Shown here piece by piece: positions 1 to 8,572 of a stretch of 61,924 bases of DNA (its first letter is position 1; each line of letters begins with the position of its first letter). Position numbers and translations under genes: made by a program. The notes beneath the pieces are model-generated. The model saw nothing but the letters and a program-made list of their open reading frames with translations, searched no databases and had not been told where the DNA came from. The stretch covers positions 1 to 61,924 of the forward strand of contig CAYFJA010000002.1 in assembly GCA_964343315.1 (NCBI GenBank), in the 5' to 3' direction. The DNA comes from an uncultured Nitrososphaerales archaeon. Its GTDB lineage: Archaea; Thermoproteota; Nitrososphaeria; Conexivisphaerales; UBA164.

Positions 1-660
1 ATAAACGCTTATTTTATACAACAGTCAAGGTGGTCTTTTGGAAGTTTTCAAATAATTAAAAAGATTTTAAGATCCGACCTAAGTTTTACAGCTTTTTTAG
101 ATTATTTATCTGGCTGGTTCTACTGGGTAGAAGTTGGACCTTTAACAGTTTTTCAAATCCTAGCTCCAGTTATCTTTATTCTTTTTGGATATCCTATAGT
201 TAAGATAAACCCAACTCTTTATGCTTCAATATACATACCTTTTGTAATTTTTTCGTTTTCATTTTATGGGCTTGTTATGAAGGGAAAAGAGTATGGAATA
301 AAAGGGTTCTTTTATCACCAATTTTTAGAGTACATGGAATTTTATCCGGTGACTCTATCTTTTATAGCTTGGATTCTGGGAAGGAAGATTCCGTTTAGGG
401 TAACCCCTAAGGGCAAAAAAGTAAAATTTAACAAGCAACTCGTGGCTCCTGCAATTTTTCTTGTATTACTCTACTTAACCTTGACAAAAGGAATTTTAAT
501 TTTACTTCATTTTAACATTAACAGTTTATCATTTAAAGAAGCAATAATTGTAAATGAAGGATGGGCAGCTTTTCACACGATATTTTTAACTGGAGGTCTT
601 TACATTTCTATAAAAAGTTTGTTTTATAAAGTCGAGCCAACAGCTTATATCGCGACTTAA
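1..660 (+). CDS. Family-2 (cellulose-synthase-like, processive) glycosyltransferase, C-terminal part; the 5' end lies outside the window
   Basis: Frame 1 is open from base 1 (INAYFIQQSRWSFGSFQ...). This gives the QxxRW motif of processive GT2 enzymes, followed by hydrophobic TM-like segments and FRVTPKGKK. Track ORF 277..660 is only the part after an internal Met. Confidence 0.65.
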   Translation: MNAYFIQQSRWSFGSFQIIKKILRSDLSFTAFLDYLSGWFYWVEVGPLTVFQILAPVIFILFGYPIVKINPTLYASIYIPFVIFSFSFYGLVMKGKEYGIKGFFYHQFLEYMEFYPVTLSFIAWILGRKIPFRVTPKGKKVKFNKQLVAPAIFLVLLYLTLTKGILILLHFNINSLSFKEAIIVNEGWAAFHTIFLTGGLYISIKSLFYKVEPTAYIAT

Positions 661-960
661 AGTTAATTTAATTAAAATTGTTTTTAATGCGTTCAAATTA
701 ACAAAAATCTGCTATAATTTACGATTAGTTCGGTTTAACGATCAAAAATCATAACGCCAAAGAATAATTTTTATTAAAACAAAAAGCAATTAAAAAATAA
801 CGTAAAGGCGTATTCCTAATTTCAGCTAGATGCGTTAAAATTTACCATACATTAAGGTTTAATAAACTTAACAGAATAAAATCCAATGCTAATTATTAAT
901 AAAGAATCTTTATTTTATTTGCTTTACCTTTTAAAAAGCCGAAAGATTAAAATCTGATAG

Positions 961-969
961 ATAAAAATA
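961..969 (+). promoter_or_regulatory. TATA-like box (ATAAAAATA) that could drive a leader-tRNA-Ala-archease transcript
   Basis: No AT-rich box lies at -25/-30 of the tRNA itself (that region is GC-rich). The nearest TATA-like element is about 85 nt upstream of the tRNA 5' end. Confidence 0.3.
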
Positions 970-974
970 GTTAG

Positions 975-1052
975 TAAGCCCAGTCTAATGGCTTGTCTTA
1001 CGACGGGCGGACTGACCGAAAGGGATGAGGACAGGAAGTGAGCCAGACAAAT
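975..1052 (+). ncRNA. GC-rich leader upstream of tRNA-Ala with partial C/D-box sRNA architecture (weak call)
   Basis: A GC-rich island in an otherwise very AT-rich 390-bp spacer. It contains CUGA (1012-1015), a 9-nt spacer, AUGAGGA (1025-1031), a 12-nt spacer and CAGA (1044-1047). This matches the D'/C'/guide/D spacing of the sRNA at 43094..43162. No acceptable 5' C box was found. Confidence 0.3.
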
Positions 1053-1124
1053 GGGCCGGTAGTTCAGGGGTAGAACGCCCGCCTTGCACGCGGGAGGTCG
1101 GGGGTTCGAGTCCCCCCCGGTCCA
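1053..1124 (+). tRNA. tRNA-Ala (anticodon UGC)
   Basis: Hand-folded cloverleaf: acceptor GGGCCGG/CCGGUCC with the G3:U70 alanine identity pair, anticodon arm CCCGC-CUUGCAC-GCGGG, T arm GGGGG-UUCGAGU-CCCCC, discriminator A. CCA is not encoded. Confidence 0.9.
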
Positions 1125-1127
1125 TGG

Positions 1128-1553
1128 GTGAGTTTTATGAAAATAAAAGAGCTTGAATACATGGGCGATGCCTACTTAGAAATTAGAGGAAAGGACCTTA
1201 ACGAATGTTTTCAAGGGGCCGCTATAGGTCTTCTGAACTTGATTTATAACGTTAAAAAGGTTGAGCTTAAGGAGGAATTTGAGGTTACGATAGAAGGCTA
1301 CGATTTAAAAAACCTCCTGTACAAATGGTTGGAGTTCCTGCTCATAAAGCTCACAGCCGAAAGGTTCGCTCCTGGTAAGATAGAAACTAACTTAGACGAA
1401 ACAAAACTGAGCCTTCGCTCAAAGGTTATGGGGGAAACCTATTCTCCAAAAAAGCACGGTTTCAAAAGAGAAGTTAAAGCTATAACATACCACTTAATGG
1501 AAATAAACAAAGATAAAGGTAATTGCCTTATTAGGTATCTGGTTGACTTGTAA
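1128..1553 (+). CDS. Archease (activator of the RtcB tRNA-splicing ligase)
   Basis: GDAYLEIRGKDLNECFQGAA at the N-terminus and EVKAITYHLMEI near the C-terminus match archease-family signatures, and the ~140 aa size fits. The track start is GTG at 1128; ATG at 1137 (MKIKELEY) is more likely. Confidence 0.8.
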   Translation: MSFMKIKELEYMGDAYLEIRGKDLNECFQGAAIGLLNLIYNVKKVELKEEFEVTIEGYDLKNLLYKWLEFLLIKLTAERFAPGKIETNLDETKLSLRSKVMGETYSPKKHGFKREVKAITYHLMEINKDKGNCLIRYLVDL

Positions 1554-1820
1554 TTGAACTTTGAGGAAGAAATAGAAAAGCTGTTCAATGAGCTATTTCA
1601 TGAGGAAGACCCTAGGAAAAAGTTTGAGCGCGTGGAGTTGCTAATCCTCTTGATAAAGCTTGCTCACAACCTAGAAGTCCCATTTACATACGAAGGAAAA
1701 GGCTCTTTAAGCTTAGCTTATGAGCATTATAAAAACAAAAGATACTTTGAAAGCGTTGTAGAGCTGAGAAAGGTTAAGAGAGATCTGATGAAGAGCGCTA
1801 AAAAGGGGGCTTTGGGTTAA
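1554..1820 (+). CDS. Hypothetical small helical protein (TTG start abutting the archease stop codon)
   Basis: An 88-aa ORF with no recognisable motif. Coding status is inferred only from position and charged helical composition. Confidence 0.35.
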   Translation: MNFEEEIEKLFNELFHEEDPRKKFERVELLILLIKLAHNLEVPFTYEGKGSLSLAYEHYKNKRYFESVVELRKVKRDLMKSAKKGALG

Positions 1821-2787
1821 ATTCTTTCAAAATTTTAATCAGCTTGCTGTTTTCGTTCTTCTTCTTTACTGAAAACCTTATGTAGCCTGAAAGCCCAAAG
1901 GACGTGCAGTCCCTAACTAAAATCTTATTTTCTCTCAACTTTTGCAAAAGAGCTTGAAAGTTTTCAACTTTAGCCAAGAAAAAGTTAGCATCAGTTTTAA
2001 GCCCCAAATAATTTGATATCCTTCTTGTTTCTTTTTTAACCTTAGGGATAGTTTGTTTTAAAAACTCTTCGCCTTCTTTGCTAAGAATTCCCCTTAATGC
2101 AGCGCATCCGAACGCGCCCAGAGACCAAGGCATTTTGAATTCCTTCATTTTTTCTATGATGTTTTTAGGGCCATAAGCGTAACCTATCCTTATCCCAGGT
2201 ATGCCGAATATTTTTGTAAAGCTCCTCAAGCCTATAACGTTTTCTTTTAATAAAAATTTGTCCTTACCGGTAAACGGCATAAATGATTCATCTATTATTA
2301 ACATTGAGTTAGCTTTGAGTAACTCGTCTGAAAGCTCTTCCAAAAACTCATAATATTTTCCTGTAGGATTATCGGGGTTTACAACAAAATAAGCGGAATT
2401 TTTTATTATTGGGAAGTCGTCAAGGTTTGGGAGCAACTTGTTTATGGTCTTAGATCTTTTGTTGAACAAAAAAGCTAGCCTTTTGATCTCTGAATAGGTA
2501 TATTCTGGATAAACTATATACTCTAGGTCTTTAACAGCGTAAAAGGCCATATAATATAGCTCGGTTACCCCTGCTCCCAAAGCTACCTCTGTTCCCACTT
2601 CTTTTTTAATTGTTTCTTCGTACCTTTCCTCGCAATAAGGGTACCTCTCGATTTCAGCTTTGATTAAATACTTTTTTAAGAAGCTAGGATAATAAGGGTT
2701 CACTGACTGCGAAAAGTCGATGAAATCTTTCTCCCACTCTCTAGCACCACCGTGGTAAACTGAATGCATATGAAAGGAATACAACAA
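1798..2787 (-). CDS. cobD: L-threonine-O-3-phosphate decarboxylase / class I-II aminotransferase-fold protein (CobD type)
   Basis: HGGAREW...IDFSQSVNPYYP at the N-terminus and the PLP-lysine motif SFTKIFGIPGIRIGY. It is the last gene of the cobS-cobY-cbiB string. Confidence 0.7.
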   Translation of the reverse strand: MLYSFHMHSVYHGGAREWEKDFIDFSQSVNPYYPSFLKKYLIKAEIERYPYCEERYEETIKKEVGTEVALGAGVTELYYMAFYAVKDLEYIVYPEYTYSEIKRLAFLFNKRSKTINKLLPNLDDFPIIKNSAYFVVNPDNPTGKYYEFLEELSDELLKANSMLIIDESFMPFTGKDKFLLKENVIGLRSFTKIFGIPGIRIGYAYGPKNIIEKMKEFKMPWSLGAFGCAALRGILSKEGEEFLKQTIPKVKKETRRISNYLGLKTDANFFLAKVENFQALLQKLRENKILVRDCTSFGLSGYIRFSVKKKNENSKLIKILKEFNPKPPF

Positions 2788-3634
2788 GCGCTATAAAAGC
2801 GTATGAAACAAGGGTCAAATAAACGCTGGCCTTCTCAACGTCTTTCGCTTCCGGCAATCTTCCAGAGCCTATCACGTAATTACCTTTTTTGACCAACCTT
2901 AATTTTAGAATTTTTGAAAAAAGAAGCATCGGATACTTTCCGTTCATCCTTAACCCCTTTTTTACTCTTATGTCTTTAAATGATCCCTTACCGTAAACCA
3001 GAAAGGTTATAAAATAGAAGATCCTAGCGGGCAAATAGTTTGCTATGTAGTCCACGAAAGCGGCAAATTTTCCAAATTTTATATGAGTAGGATCCCTATA
3101 TCCGATCAAAGCATCGGCCGTATTTATAGCCCTATAAATCAGAGCTCCCGGCAAACCAAAGATCAAATAATAAAAAAGGGGGCTTACGACAGAATCAACC
3201 AAATTTTCTGCTCCAGACTCTATAGCCGCCGAATAAAGAAAGCTTTTGCTCAGGCTTACGTCCCTGCTCACTATCTCAGATACCCTAGCCCTCAGAAGGC
3301 TCTCGTCATCGATCGCGCAGGACCTAACCTTTTTTATCAGAAGCCCAGAAGAAAAAGCGGACTTCAAAAGAAATATGTATATTATTGCTCCTATAGGGTA
3401 AAACATCAATGCTTTGCATCCCACTAAAGCTAAAAGGCCTGCTAAAGCATAAGTAACCAAAGAAGATAACGTTCCGACTGCTAAGTCAATTTCGCTTCCT
3501 TTTCTTAAATATGATTTGTCAATTTTAGCCAGAACGCTGCCTACCCAAAATGTTGGATGCATTAAGTTTGGATACTCTATAAAAACGTCAATCGCTACTG
3601 CAATAAGGAGAAGCAGCCATTTCTGTACAACCAT
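2741..3634 (-). CDS. cbiB: Adenosylcobinamide-phosphate synthase (CbiB)
   Basis: Polytopic membrane protein with N-terminal MHPTFWVGS (HP..xxG signature) and ~300 aa size. Operon context with cobS and cobY. Confidence 0.75.
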   Translation of the reverse strand: MVVQKWLLLLIAVAIDVFIEYPNLMHPTFWVGSVLAKIDKSYLRKGSEIDLAVGTLSSLVTYALAGLLALVGCKALMFYPIGAIIYIFLLKSAFSSGLLIKKVRSCAIDDESLLRARVSEIVSRDVSLSKSFLYSAAIESGAENLVDSVVSPLFYYLIFGLPGALIYRAINTADALIGYRDPTHIKFGKFAAFVDYIANYLPARIFYFITFLVYGKGSFKDIRVKKGLRMNGKYPMLLFSKILKLRLVKKGNYVIGSGRLPEAKDVEKASVYLTLVSYAFIALVVFLSYAFSLPRWC

Positions 3635-4128
3635 TCCTTTACAGACTCTAAGTCGTGCATCACATTTATGCTTATCGAGAGCTGCTTATCATCGAAGAAA
3701 TAAAGCTCATCTTTATCGGAGCCTGGAAAAACGTAATTTAGCCCAACGTAAGAAGTTTTTCCGTTAACCTTAACGGCAGCAGCGAGGCTTTTATTGCCAG
3801 CCTTTTTTAAGAATTCTTCTATCTGGTTGGTTTTTACGAATAAAGCATCTGATGCAACCAAAAGAAAAGGTCTTTTTAGCAGGCCCAGCAAATACTTGAC
3901 GTCTTCGGGATATCCTAAACCCGGAGTTTCAATCATCTCAGCCCCCAAAAACTTCAAGAACAGGAGCTTCTCCATTTCCTGGCCTGTAACTGCCACGTGA
4001 ACCTTTGGAAAGATCTTTTTTAACTTAACGTATGCTATCCAAGCCAAAGGCAGGCCGCAGAAGCTTAAGGTAAGCTTGTCGTATCCAAGCCTCCTGCTTC
4101 TACCCCCAGCCATCAGAATGCAGTACAT
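3595..4128 (-). CDS. cobY: Adenosylcobinamide-phosphate guanylyltransferase, archaeal type (CobY; MobA-like NTP-transferase fold)
   Basis: N-terminal ILMAGGRSRRLG nucleotide-binding loop and ~180 aa size. It lies between cobS and cbiB with overlapping ends. Confidence 0.65.
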   Translation of the reverse strand: MYCILMAGGRSRRLGYDKLTLSFCGLPLAWIAYVKLKKIFPKVHVAVTGQEMEKLLFLKFLGAEMIETPGLGYPEDVKYLLGLLKRPFLLVASDALFVKTNQIEEFLKKAGNKSLAAAVKVNGKTSYVGLNYVFPGSDKDELYFFDDKQLSISINVMHDLESVKEWLYRNGCFSLLQ

Positions 4129-4838
4129 AGTATCATCATAGCTATTGCTCTAGAAAATTCAACTGAAGCTCCAATTACGTCGCCGTTTGACGATCCGTAA
4201 AGTCTTAAGCTATATCTATAAAAAAGATAACCTATAAGAAGCCCTAAAAAGTTTAATAGGTAATACACTCTTATGATCGGAAGTAAAATTAACGAAACGA
4301 GAAGATAATAAATTACATATGATTTCTTGAACCTCTCAGAAAAAACCCTTCCTAAGCCCTCTCTATAATTTTTGCCCAGAAGGCTGCCTATTATTGAAGC
4401 CCTTCCGGTCATGTCTGAAGCTGCAAAAAACGCTAAAGATTCTAAATAGTCAGAAGGGTTAAGCTTGAGCGAAAAGGCTATCATCGAAGATAAAAGAAAG
4501 TACAAAAATATAGCCCCAGCTACGCCTATGTGGGGGTCTTTCAGAACCTTAATTTTTTCTTCTACCCCTCCCTTAGCAAAGAGGCTGTCAGCAAAATCTG
4601 AAAAGCCATCCAAGTGCATTATACCTATTATTAAATATACGGAAACAACTGAGAGAGCAGAAGCAGCAAGGCTTCCAAAAACCTTTGCGCCAAAATACCT
4701 TACTGCCCCAGCTATCGCTCCAACCAAAACAGAAATCAGAGGTAGTAAATAAATAGAATCAGCCGCCTTTACTAAATCTCCTTTGAAAGGCAAAAGCGTA
4801 AAAAAAGAAAAGATGTCCTTTAATCCAAAATACTTCAA
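4113..4838 (-). CDS. cobS: Adenosylcobinamide-GDP ribazoletransferase (cobalamin-5'-phosphate synthase, CobS)
   Basis: Membrane protein with FTLLPFKG at the N-terminus and the HLDGFSDFADSLF motif typical of CobS. Confidence 0.8.
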   Translation of the reverse strand: MKYFGLKDIFSFFTLLPFKGDLVKAADSIYLLPLISVLVGAIAGAVRYFGAKVFGSLAASALSVVSVYLIIGIMHLDGFSDFADSLFAKGGVEEKIKVLKDPHIGVAGAIFLYFLLSSMIAFSLKLNPSDYLESLAFFAASDMTGRASIIGSLLGKNYREGLGRVFSERFKKSYVIYYLLVSLILLPIIRVYYLLNFLGLLIGYLFYRYSLRLYGSSNGDVIGASVEFSRAIAMMILCTAF

Positions 4839-4848
4839 TTCTTAGCTT

Positions 4849-5235
4849 TTACTGGATCTGAATTTGAGTTTTCTCTTTTAGCGTGAGCGTTATAGTTAAA
4901 ACGCCGTTCTCGTATTTTGCGGTTGCCCCTTTTTCTGTATCAACGCTTTCGGGGAGCAGAATCCTTTTCTTGATCTTAAGAGGCCTTTGCTTCCACAGAT
5001 AATCTATACCTTCCTTTTCTTTCCTTTCAGCTGCTATAGTAAGGACGTTCTCTTCTAAGGATAGCTTTATTTCCTCCTTGTTGAAGCCGGCCAGGTCTGC
5101 AATAACGATAAGGTTGTTTCCTTCCTCGTATATATCAACTGGTGGCATGATTATTTCGAAAACTTCGCGTGATTTTTCGCTTATTGCCTTTGCTAAATCG
5201 CTCAAAGCACCTTTTATCATTAGTTTAAAATTCAT
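4849..5235 (-). CDS. hsp20: Small heat-shock protein, Hsp20/alpha-crystallin family
   Basis: PPVDIYEEGNNLIVIADLAGFNKEEIKLSL...ATAKYENGVLTITL is a canonical alpha-crystallin domain. Confidence 0.9.
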   Translation of the reverse strand: MNFKLMIKGALSDLAKAISEKSREVFEIIMPPVDIYEEGNNLIVIADLAGFNKEEIKLSLEENVLTIAAERKEKEGIDYLWKQRPLKIKKRILLPESVDTEKGATAKYENGVLTITLTLKEKTQIQIQ

Positions 5236-5442
5236 CTAGAAGCTTAAAAACGTTTACTTTCTTTTAGGAACGTCATAAAAATTAACAAATTTAAGTGTAC
5301 GGTTTATAAATTTAACTAACAACTAAAACGTTAATAATCATCAGTAAGAAGTCGTTGATTTTTATTTATAAATCATTTTTTAGCGCACTTTTATTATAAA
5401 TCCTGGTTTAACAAAGCCTCAAAATAAAAATAATATGCAGCA

Positions 5443-5955
5443 CTAAGCATCCTTTTTTGTAACTTTAACCTTGTAAACATAAAGGCTTTCGAAAAAGATT
5501 TTCTTTTCTTTCCTACAGTAAGTGAGACCCATGCTTTTTATAAAATCTTCGAGCTCATTATAATTTGAAAGGGAAGACACTAAAAAATAAATAAGGCCGT
5601 TGGGCTTCGTGAGCCGCAGGCTTTCTTTTAAAAAGCCGAAAGCTATTTCAATGCCTCCCTTACCTCCGTCCACGGCTATATCTATGATTTTATCTGAAGG
5701 AAGGTAAGGGGGGTTAAAGAAAATAAGCTCAAACGAAGATTCCCTAAACGGACACTTCCTGCAGTCAGCTAACACAAAATCTATCTCTTCTGGTATTTTG
5801 CTCGGCTTAACGAGGTCACAACCGACCTTAAAGCTACCTTTAAGCGAACTTATTATATAGCAACTCCCGCATCCCATTTCAAGCATAATGTTAGCTACAG
5901 CTTCACTTAGTTGATCCAGAAGAAATAGCGTATCTTCAGCAGGTTTGTATTCCAA
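5443..5955 (-). CDS. HemK/Mtq2-type N5-glutamine (release-factor) methyltransferase-like protein
   Basis: YKPAEDTLFLL at the N-terminus, SAM loop LEMGCGSC, and the catalytic NPPY motif (FFNPPYLP). Confidence 0.7.
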   Translation of the reverse strand: MEYKPAEDTLFLLDQLSEAVANIMLEMGCGSCYIISSLKGSFKVGCDLVKPSKIPEEIDFVLADCRKCPFRESSFELIFFNPPYLPSDKIIDIAVDGGKGGIEIAFGFLKESLRLTKPNGLIYFLVSSLSNYNELEDFIKSMGLTYCRKEKKIFFESLYVYKVKVTKKDA

Positions 5956-6601
5956 CTTCTCTCATTACTTCTTCTGGCGATAGCTCAAACACTTTTCTTG
6001 AAGGATCTATGCGGGATTTCTCAAACCTTTTGGTCATCCTTTTTAATACTAAAGAAATCTTATCTTTACCCAAGGCGCAATCCCTGATCCTCTTAGCGTA
6101 AAAAAATGTAGCATGAACTTTGGGCTTTGGGACATATGCCTCGCTCGGGACGTCCAAAAGCTTTCTGTACTCAAAAAAGTGGTTAAAAATCACGCTCAGG
6201 CCGCTGTAACTTCTATCGGATGGTTTAGCTGCTATCTTAGAGAAGAATTCTGCCTGTACTATCGCATAAACCTCGTTGATTGGGTTTTCAACGAGCCAAA
6301 TCAAAAACTTTCTTGACTTGCTGAACGGAAGGTCTGTGAAGACAATTTCGTCGGGCTCCGGCTTATGCTTAAATGCATCTTCATTATAAACCTCTACGTT
6401 TTTAAGCTTTGAAGCTTTCTTCAGAAGTATTTTATAAAGGACCTTGTTTGTTTCAAAGGCCCTAACTCTTTGGGATATCTCTGCGAGTTTTACGGTGAAG
6501 TTACCGTAACCGGCTCCTATCTCAAAAAACTTTCTTCCTTTAGGCAAATAAACGAGCAGCCTGCTTATGTAATCTTCCTTCATAAACCTTAGATCTTTCA
6601 T
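5936..6601 (-). CDS. KsgA/Dim1-like rRNA adenine dimethyltransferase family protein (short form)
   Basis: SAM loop FEIGAGYGNFT, acidic AFETNK, EDAFK, and TDLPFSKSRKFLIWL, which corresponds to the NLPYxIS motif. Confidence 0.55.
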   Translation of the reverse strand: MKDLRFMKEDYISRLLVYLPKGRKFFEIGAGYGNFTVKLAEISQRVRAFETNKVLYKILLKKASKLKNVEVYNEDAFKHKPEPDEIVFTDLPFSKSRKFLIWLVENPINEVYAIVQAEFFSKIAAKPSDRSYSGLSVIFNHFFEYRKLLDVPSEAYVPKPKVHATFFYAKRIRDCALGKDKISLVLKRMTKRFEKSRIDPSRKVFELSPEEVMREVGIQTC

Positions 6602-6828
6602 TTCTTTTCCACGTATACTTCTTTTCCTTTCTCAACTTGAGCCTTACCGTTGTACTTAACAAGAACGTAGGGCGATGAAACTGGGCCAAAAACTTCAACA
6701 ACCCTACCAATTTCGGTTTTGTCTTTTAAGTAAACTGTTTCGTTTATTTCTGGGATCTCCTCTGCCTCAATTACTACGTTGCCGGATTTAGTTAGGTGAA
6801 GGATTTTTCCTATTCTCTTTAAACCCAC
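6598..6828 (-). CDS. gar1: H/ACA ribonucleoprotein subunit Gar1
   Basis: 76 aa; IGRVVEVFGPVSSPYVLVK is the Gar1 signature. Confidence 0.8.
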   Translation of the reverse strand: MGLKRIGKILHLTKSGNVVIEAEEIPEINETVYLKDKTEIGRVVEVFGPVSSPYVLVKYNGKAQVEKGKEVYVEKK

Positions 6829-7067
6829 AAGAATATAATTTTAATGCATTTAATAAAAATTTTCTTCAACAATTAGTTTTTATGATTGTAGCTTTTCCAA
6901 TTTAGAACTTCCTGCTTTAAAATTATCCGATTGAAATTCAACGATTCTGCGCATTGGCAAAATTTTTGTTTAGTTAAACATTCTTCAAAATGTTCGCGCC
7001 AAAATTTTGAAAAGCGCGCCTGAGCTAGATCGATAAGCTTTAATAAAAATAAAGCTGTATACATTGT

Positions 7068-7313
7068 GTGTTGGAGGATAAAATAGAAGTTAAAATAGAA
7101 ATAGAGGGAGAAAAAAGGTTTCTGGAAAGCTTTAAGAAAGCGATTGAGCCTGATAACGTAAACTTCCCAGAAGGAGTAAGCCTAAAAGTGAATTTGGAGG
7201 ACGAAAAGCTCATTATAACTGGAGAAAGCAGCAAAAAAGCGATTATGTCTCTATTGAACTCGCTAGACGAAATACTGGAGTTGGCTAAGGCAGTGCAGAG
7301 GGGTGCAGTCTAA
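7068..7313 (+). CDS. pcc1: KEOPS subunit Pcc1-like protein
   Basis: 81 aa; AIEPDNVNFPEGVSLKV...LIITGESSKKAIMSLLNSLDEILELA resembles the archaeal Pcc1 pattern. Confidence 0.5.
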   Translation: MLEDKIEVKIEIEGEKRFLESFKKAIEPDNVNFPEGVSLKVNLEDEKLIITGESSKKAIMSLLNSLDEILELAKAVQRGAV

Positions 7314-7315
7314 AA

Positions 7316-8572
7316 ATGCTGAGAATAATCAAAGATAGGCTGGAGGAATACAGAGAGTCGCTAAAAAGAAGAAACTCGGATTTTCCGCTGGACAGGTTAT
7401 TAGACCTTGACGAAAAAAGGAGGAGCCTGATAAATCAAATAAACCAGCTGAGGCATCAGAAAAACGTTCTTGATGCGCAGATAGCCAAAAAGGTAAAGGC
7501 TGGACAAAGCGTTGAAGAAGATAAATTAAAAGTAAACGAGATCGACAAAGAACTGAAAGCAAAGGAAGAAGAGCTTGAATCGGTTGAAAATGAAATTAAC
7601 CAGTTGCAGCTGAGAATGCCGAACTTTGTTGACCCATCTGTGCCGATAGGGCCCGACGAAAGCTATAACCAAGTTGTTAGGACATGGGGCGAAGCAGGAA
7701 AGACCGGTCCTGACCATATTGAAATAGGCTTGAAACTGGACCTAATAGACCTGGAAAGGGCTGCAAAGACAAGCGGCGCTAGGTTTTACTATCTGAAGAG
7801 AGATTTGGTTAGGTTGAACTACGCTCTTATAAGCTACGGATTAGACTTTGGGATTAAGAAAGGATACACGCTTCTACAGCCTCCGTATATGTTGAGAAGA
7901 GCTATAGTTGAAAGCGCAGTAGACCTTTCAGCTTTTGAAGAGGCTATTTATAAGATTGAAAACGAAGATCTCTACCTTTTAACGACGGCCGAGCATGCGA
8001 TTTTAGGATATCATTATGATGAAATTCTTGACGAGAACTCCCTTCCGTTAAAATACGTAGGAATCTCTCCGTGCTTTAGGAAGGAAGCAGGAGCTCACGG
8101 CAGGGACACAAAGGGTATCTTTAGGGTTCACGCTTTTGAAAAGGTTGAGCAGTTCATATTCAGCAAACCAGAGGAATCATGGAAGTACCACGAAGAGCTC
8201 ATAAGGAACGCAGAGGAATTCTTTCAAAGCTTAGAAATACCCTACAGAGTGGTTAACGTGTGCACCGGAGAGCTGGGAGCATGCGCAGCCAAAAAGTACG
8301 ATTTAGAGGTTTGGCTCCCTGGACAAAACAAGTACAGAGAAGCAGTTTCATGCTCGAACTGCTTAGAATGGCAGGCTGTAAGGGCTAAAATCAGGTACAA
8401 GAAAGGCAATGAGACCGTTTACGTGCATACACTAAATTCAACTTTGGTTGCTACTGAGAGGGCTCTGATAGCGATCATGGAAAACCACCTTCAGCCGGAC
8501 GGAAGAATAAAGATACCAAAGCCATTAATTCCCTACATGAACGGACAGGAGTATATAGGACCAGCGAAGTGA
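7316..8572 (+). CDS. serS: Seryl-tRNA synthetase
   Basis: N-terminal coiled-coil arm and class II core motifs (FRKEAGAHGRDTKGIFRVHAFEKVEQF, TLNSTLVATERALIAIMEN). Confidence 0.95.
   Translation: MLRIIKDRLEEYRESLKRRNSDFPLDRLLDLDEKRRSLINQINQLRHQKNVLDAQIAKKVKAGQSVEEDKLKVNEIDKELKAKEEELESVENEINQLQLRMPNFVDPSVPIGPDESYNQVVRTWGEAGKTGPDHIEIGLKLDLIDLERAAKTSGARFYYLKRDLVRLNYALISYGLDFGIKKGYTLLQPPYMLRRAIVESAVDLSAFEEAIYKIENEDLYLLTTAEHAILGYHYDEILDENSLPLKYVGISPCFRKEAGAHGRDTKGIFRVHAFEKVEQFIFSKPEESWKYHEELIRNAEEFFQSLEIPYRVVNVCTGELGACAAKKYDLEVWLPGQNKYREAVSCSNCLEWQAVRAKIRYKKGNETVYVHTLNSTLVATERALIAIMENHLQPDGRIKIPKPLIPYMNGQEYIGPAK

Noticed and set aside
661-960. Very AT-rich 300-bp spacer as an origin, repeat array or small-gene region
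   Set aside because: The only recurring motif is two copies of ATGCGTT(C/A)AAATT (about 686 and 830), plus scattered TAACG words. There is no array structure, no ORF and no GC-rich RNA-like core. It is more simply a long promoter/terminator spacer.
3083-4000. Plus-strand ORFs 3083..3427, 3516..3767 and 3794..4000, antisense to cbiB/cobY
   Set aside because: They lie entirely inside well-supported minus-strand genes. Their composition is low-complexity and Ser/Arg/Pro-rich, as expected for antisense shadows. The same reasoning applies to these track ORFs: 4465..4752, 6113..6316, 7329..7717, 8694..8981, 9703..9906, 10684..11250, 12290..12505, 12735..12956, 13201..13767, 15294..15817, 16775..16966, 17191..18243, 19717..19932, 20623..20826, 21551..21739, 22755..22952, 23315..23904, 24431..24835, 31794..31982, 33412..33783, 36665..37336, 37500..37685, 38819..39001, 39613..39924, 40385..40783, 41516..41725, 43406..43591, 44569..44760, 45679..45894, 47273..47461, 49221..49403, 50687..50920, 51211..51598, 52636..53802, 55752..55952, 56599..56962, 57982..58200, 59582..59821 and 60295..60498.
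6873-7234. ORFs 6873..7064 (minus) and 7040..7234 (minus), in and next to the Gar1-Pcc1 spacer
   Set aside because: ORF 7040..7234 is antisense to the Pcc1-like gene. ORF 6873..7064 would fill the whole divergent promoter region and start 4 nt from the Pcc1 start. It has no motif or ribosome-binding context, so its coding status is unsupported. The spacer does contain short inverted repeats (AACATT-n6-AATGTT; GCGC-n14-GCGC), but they are too short to interpret.
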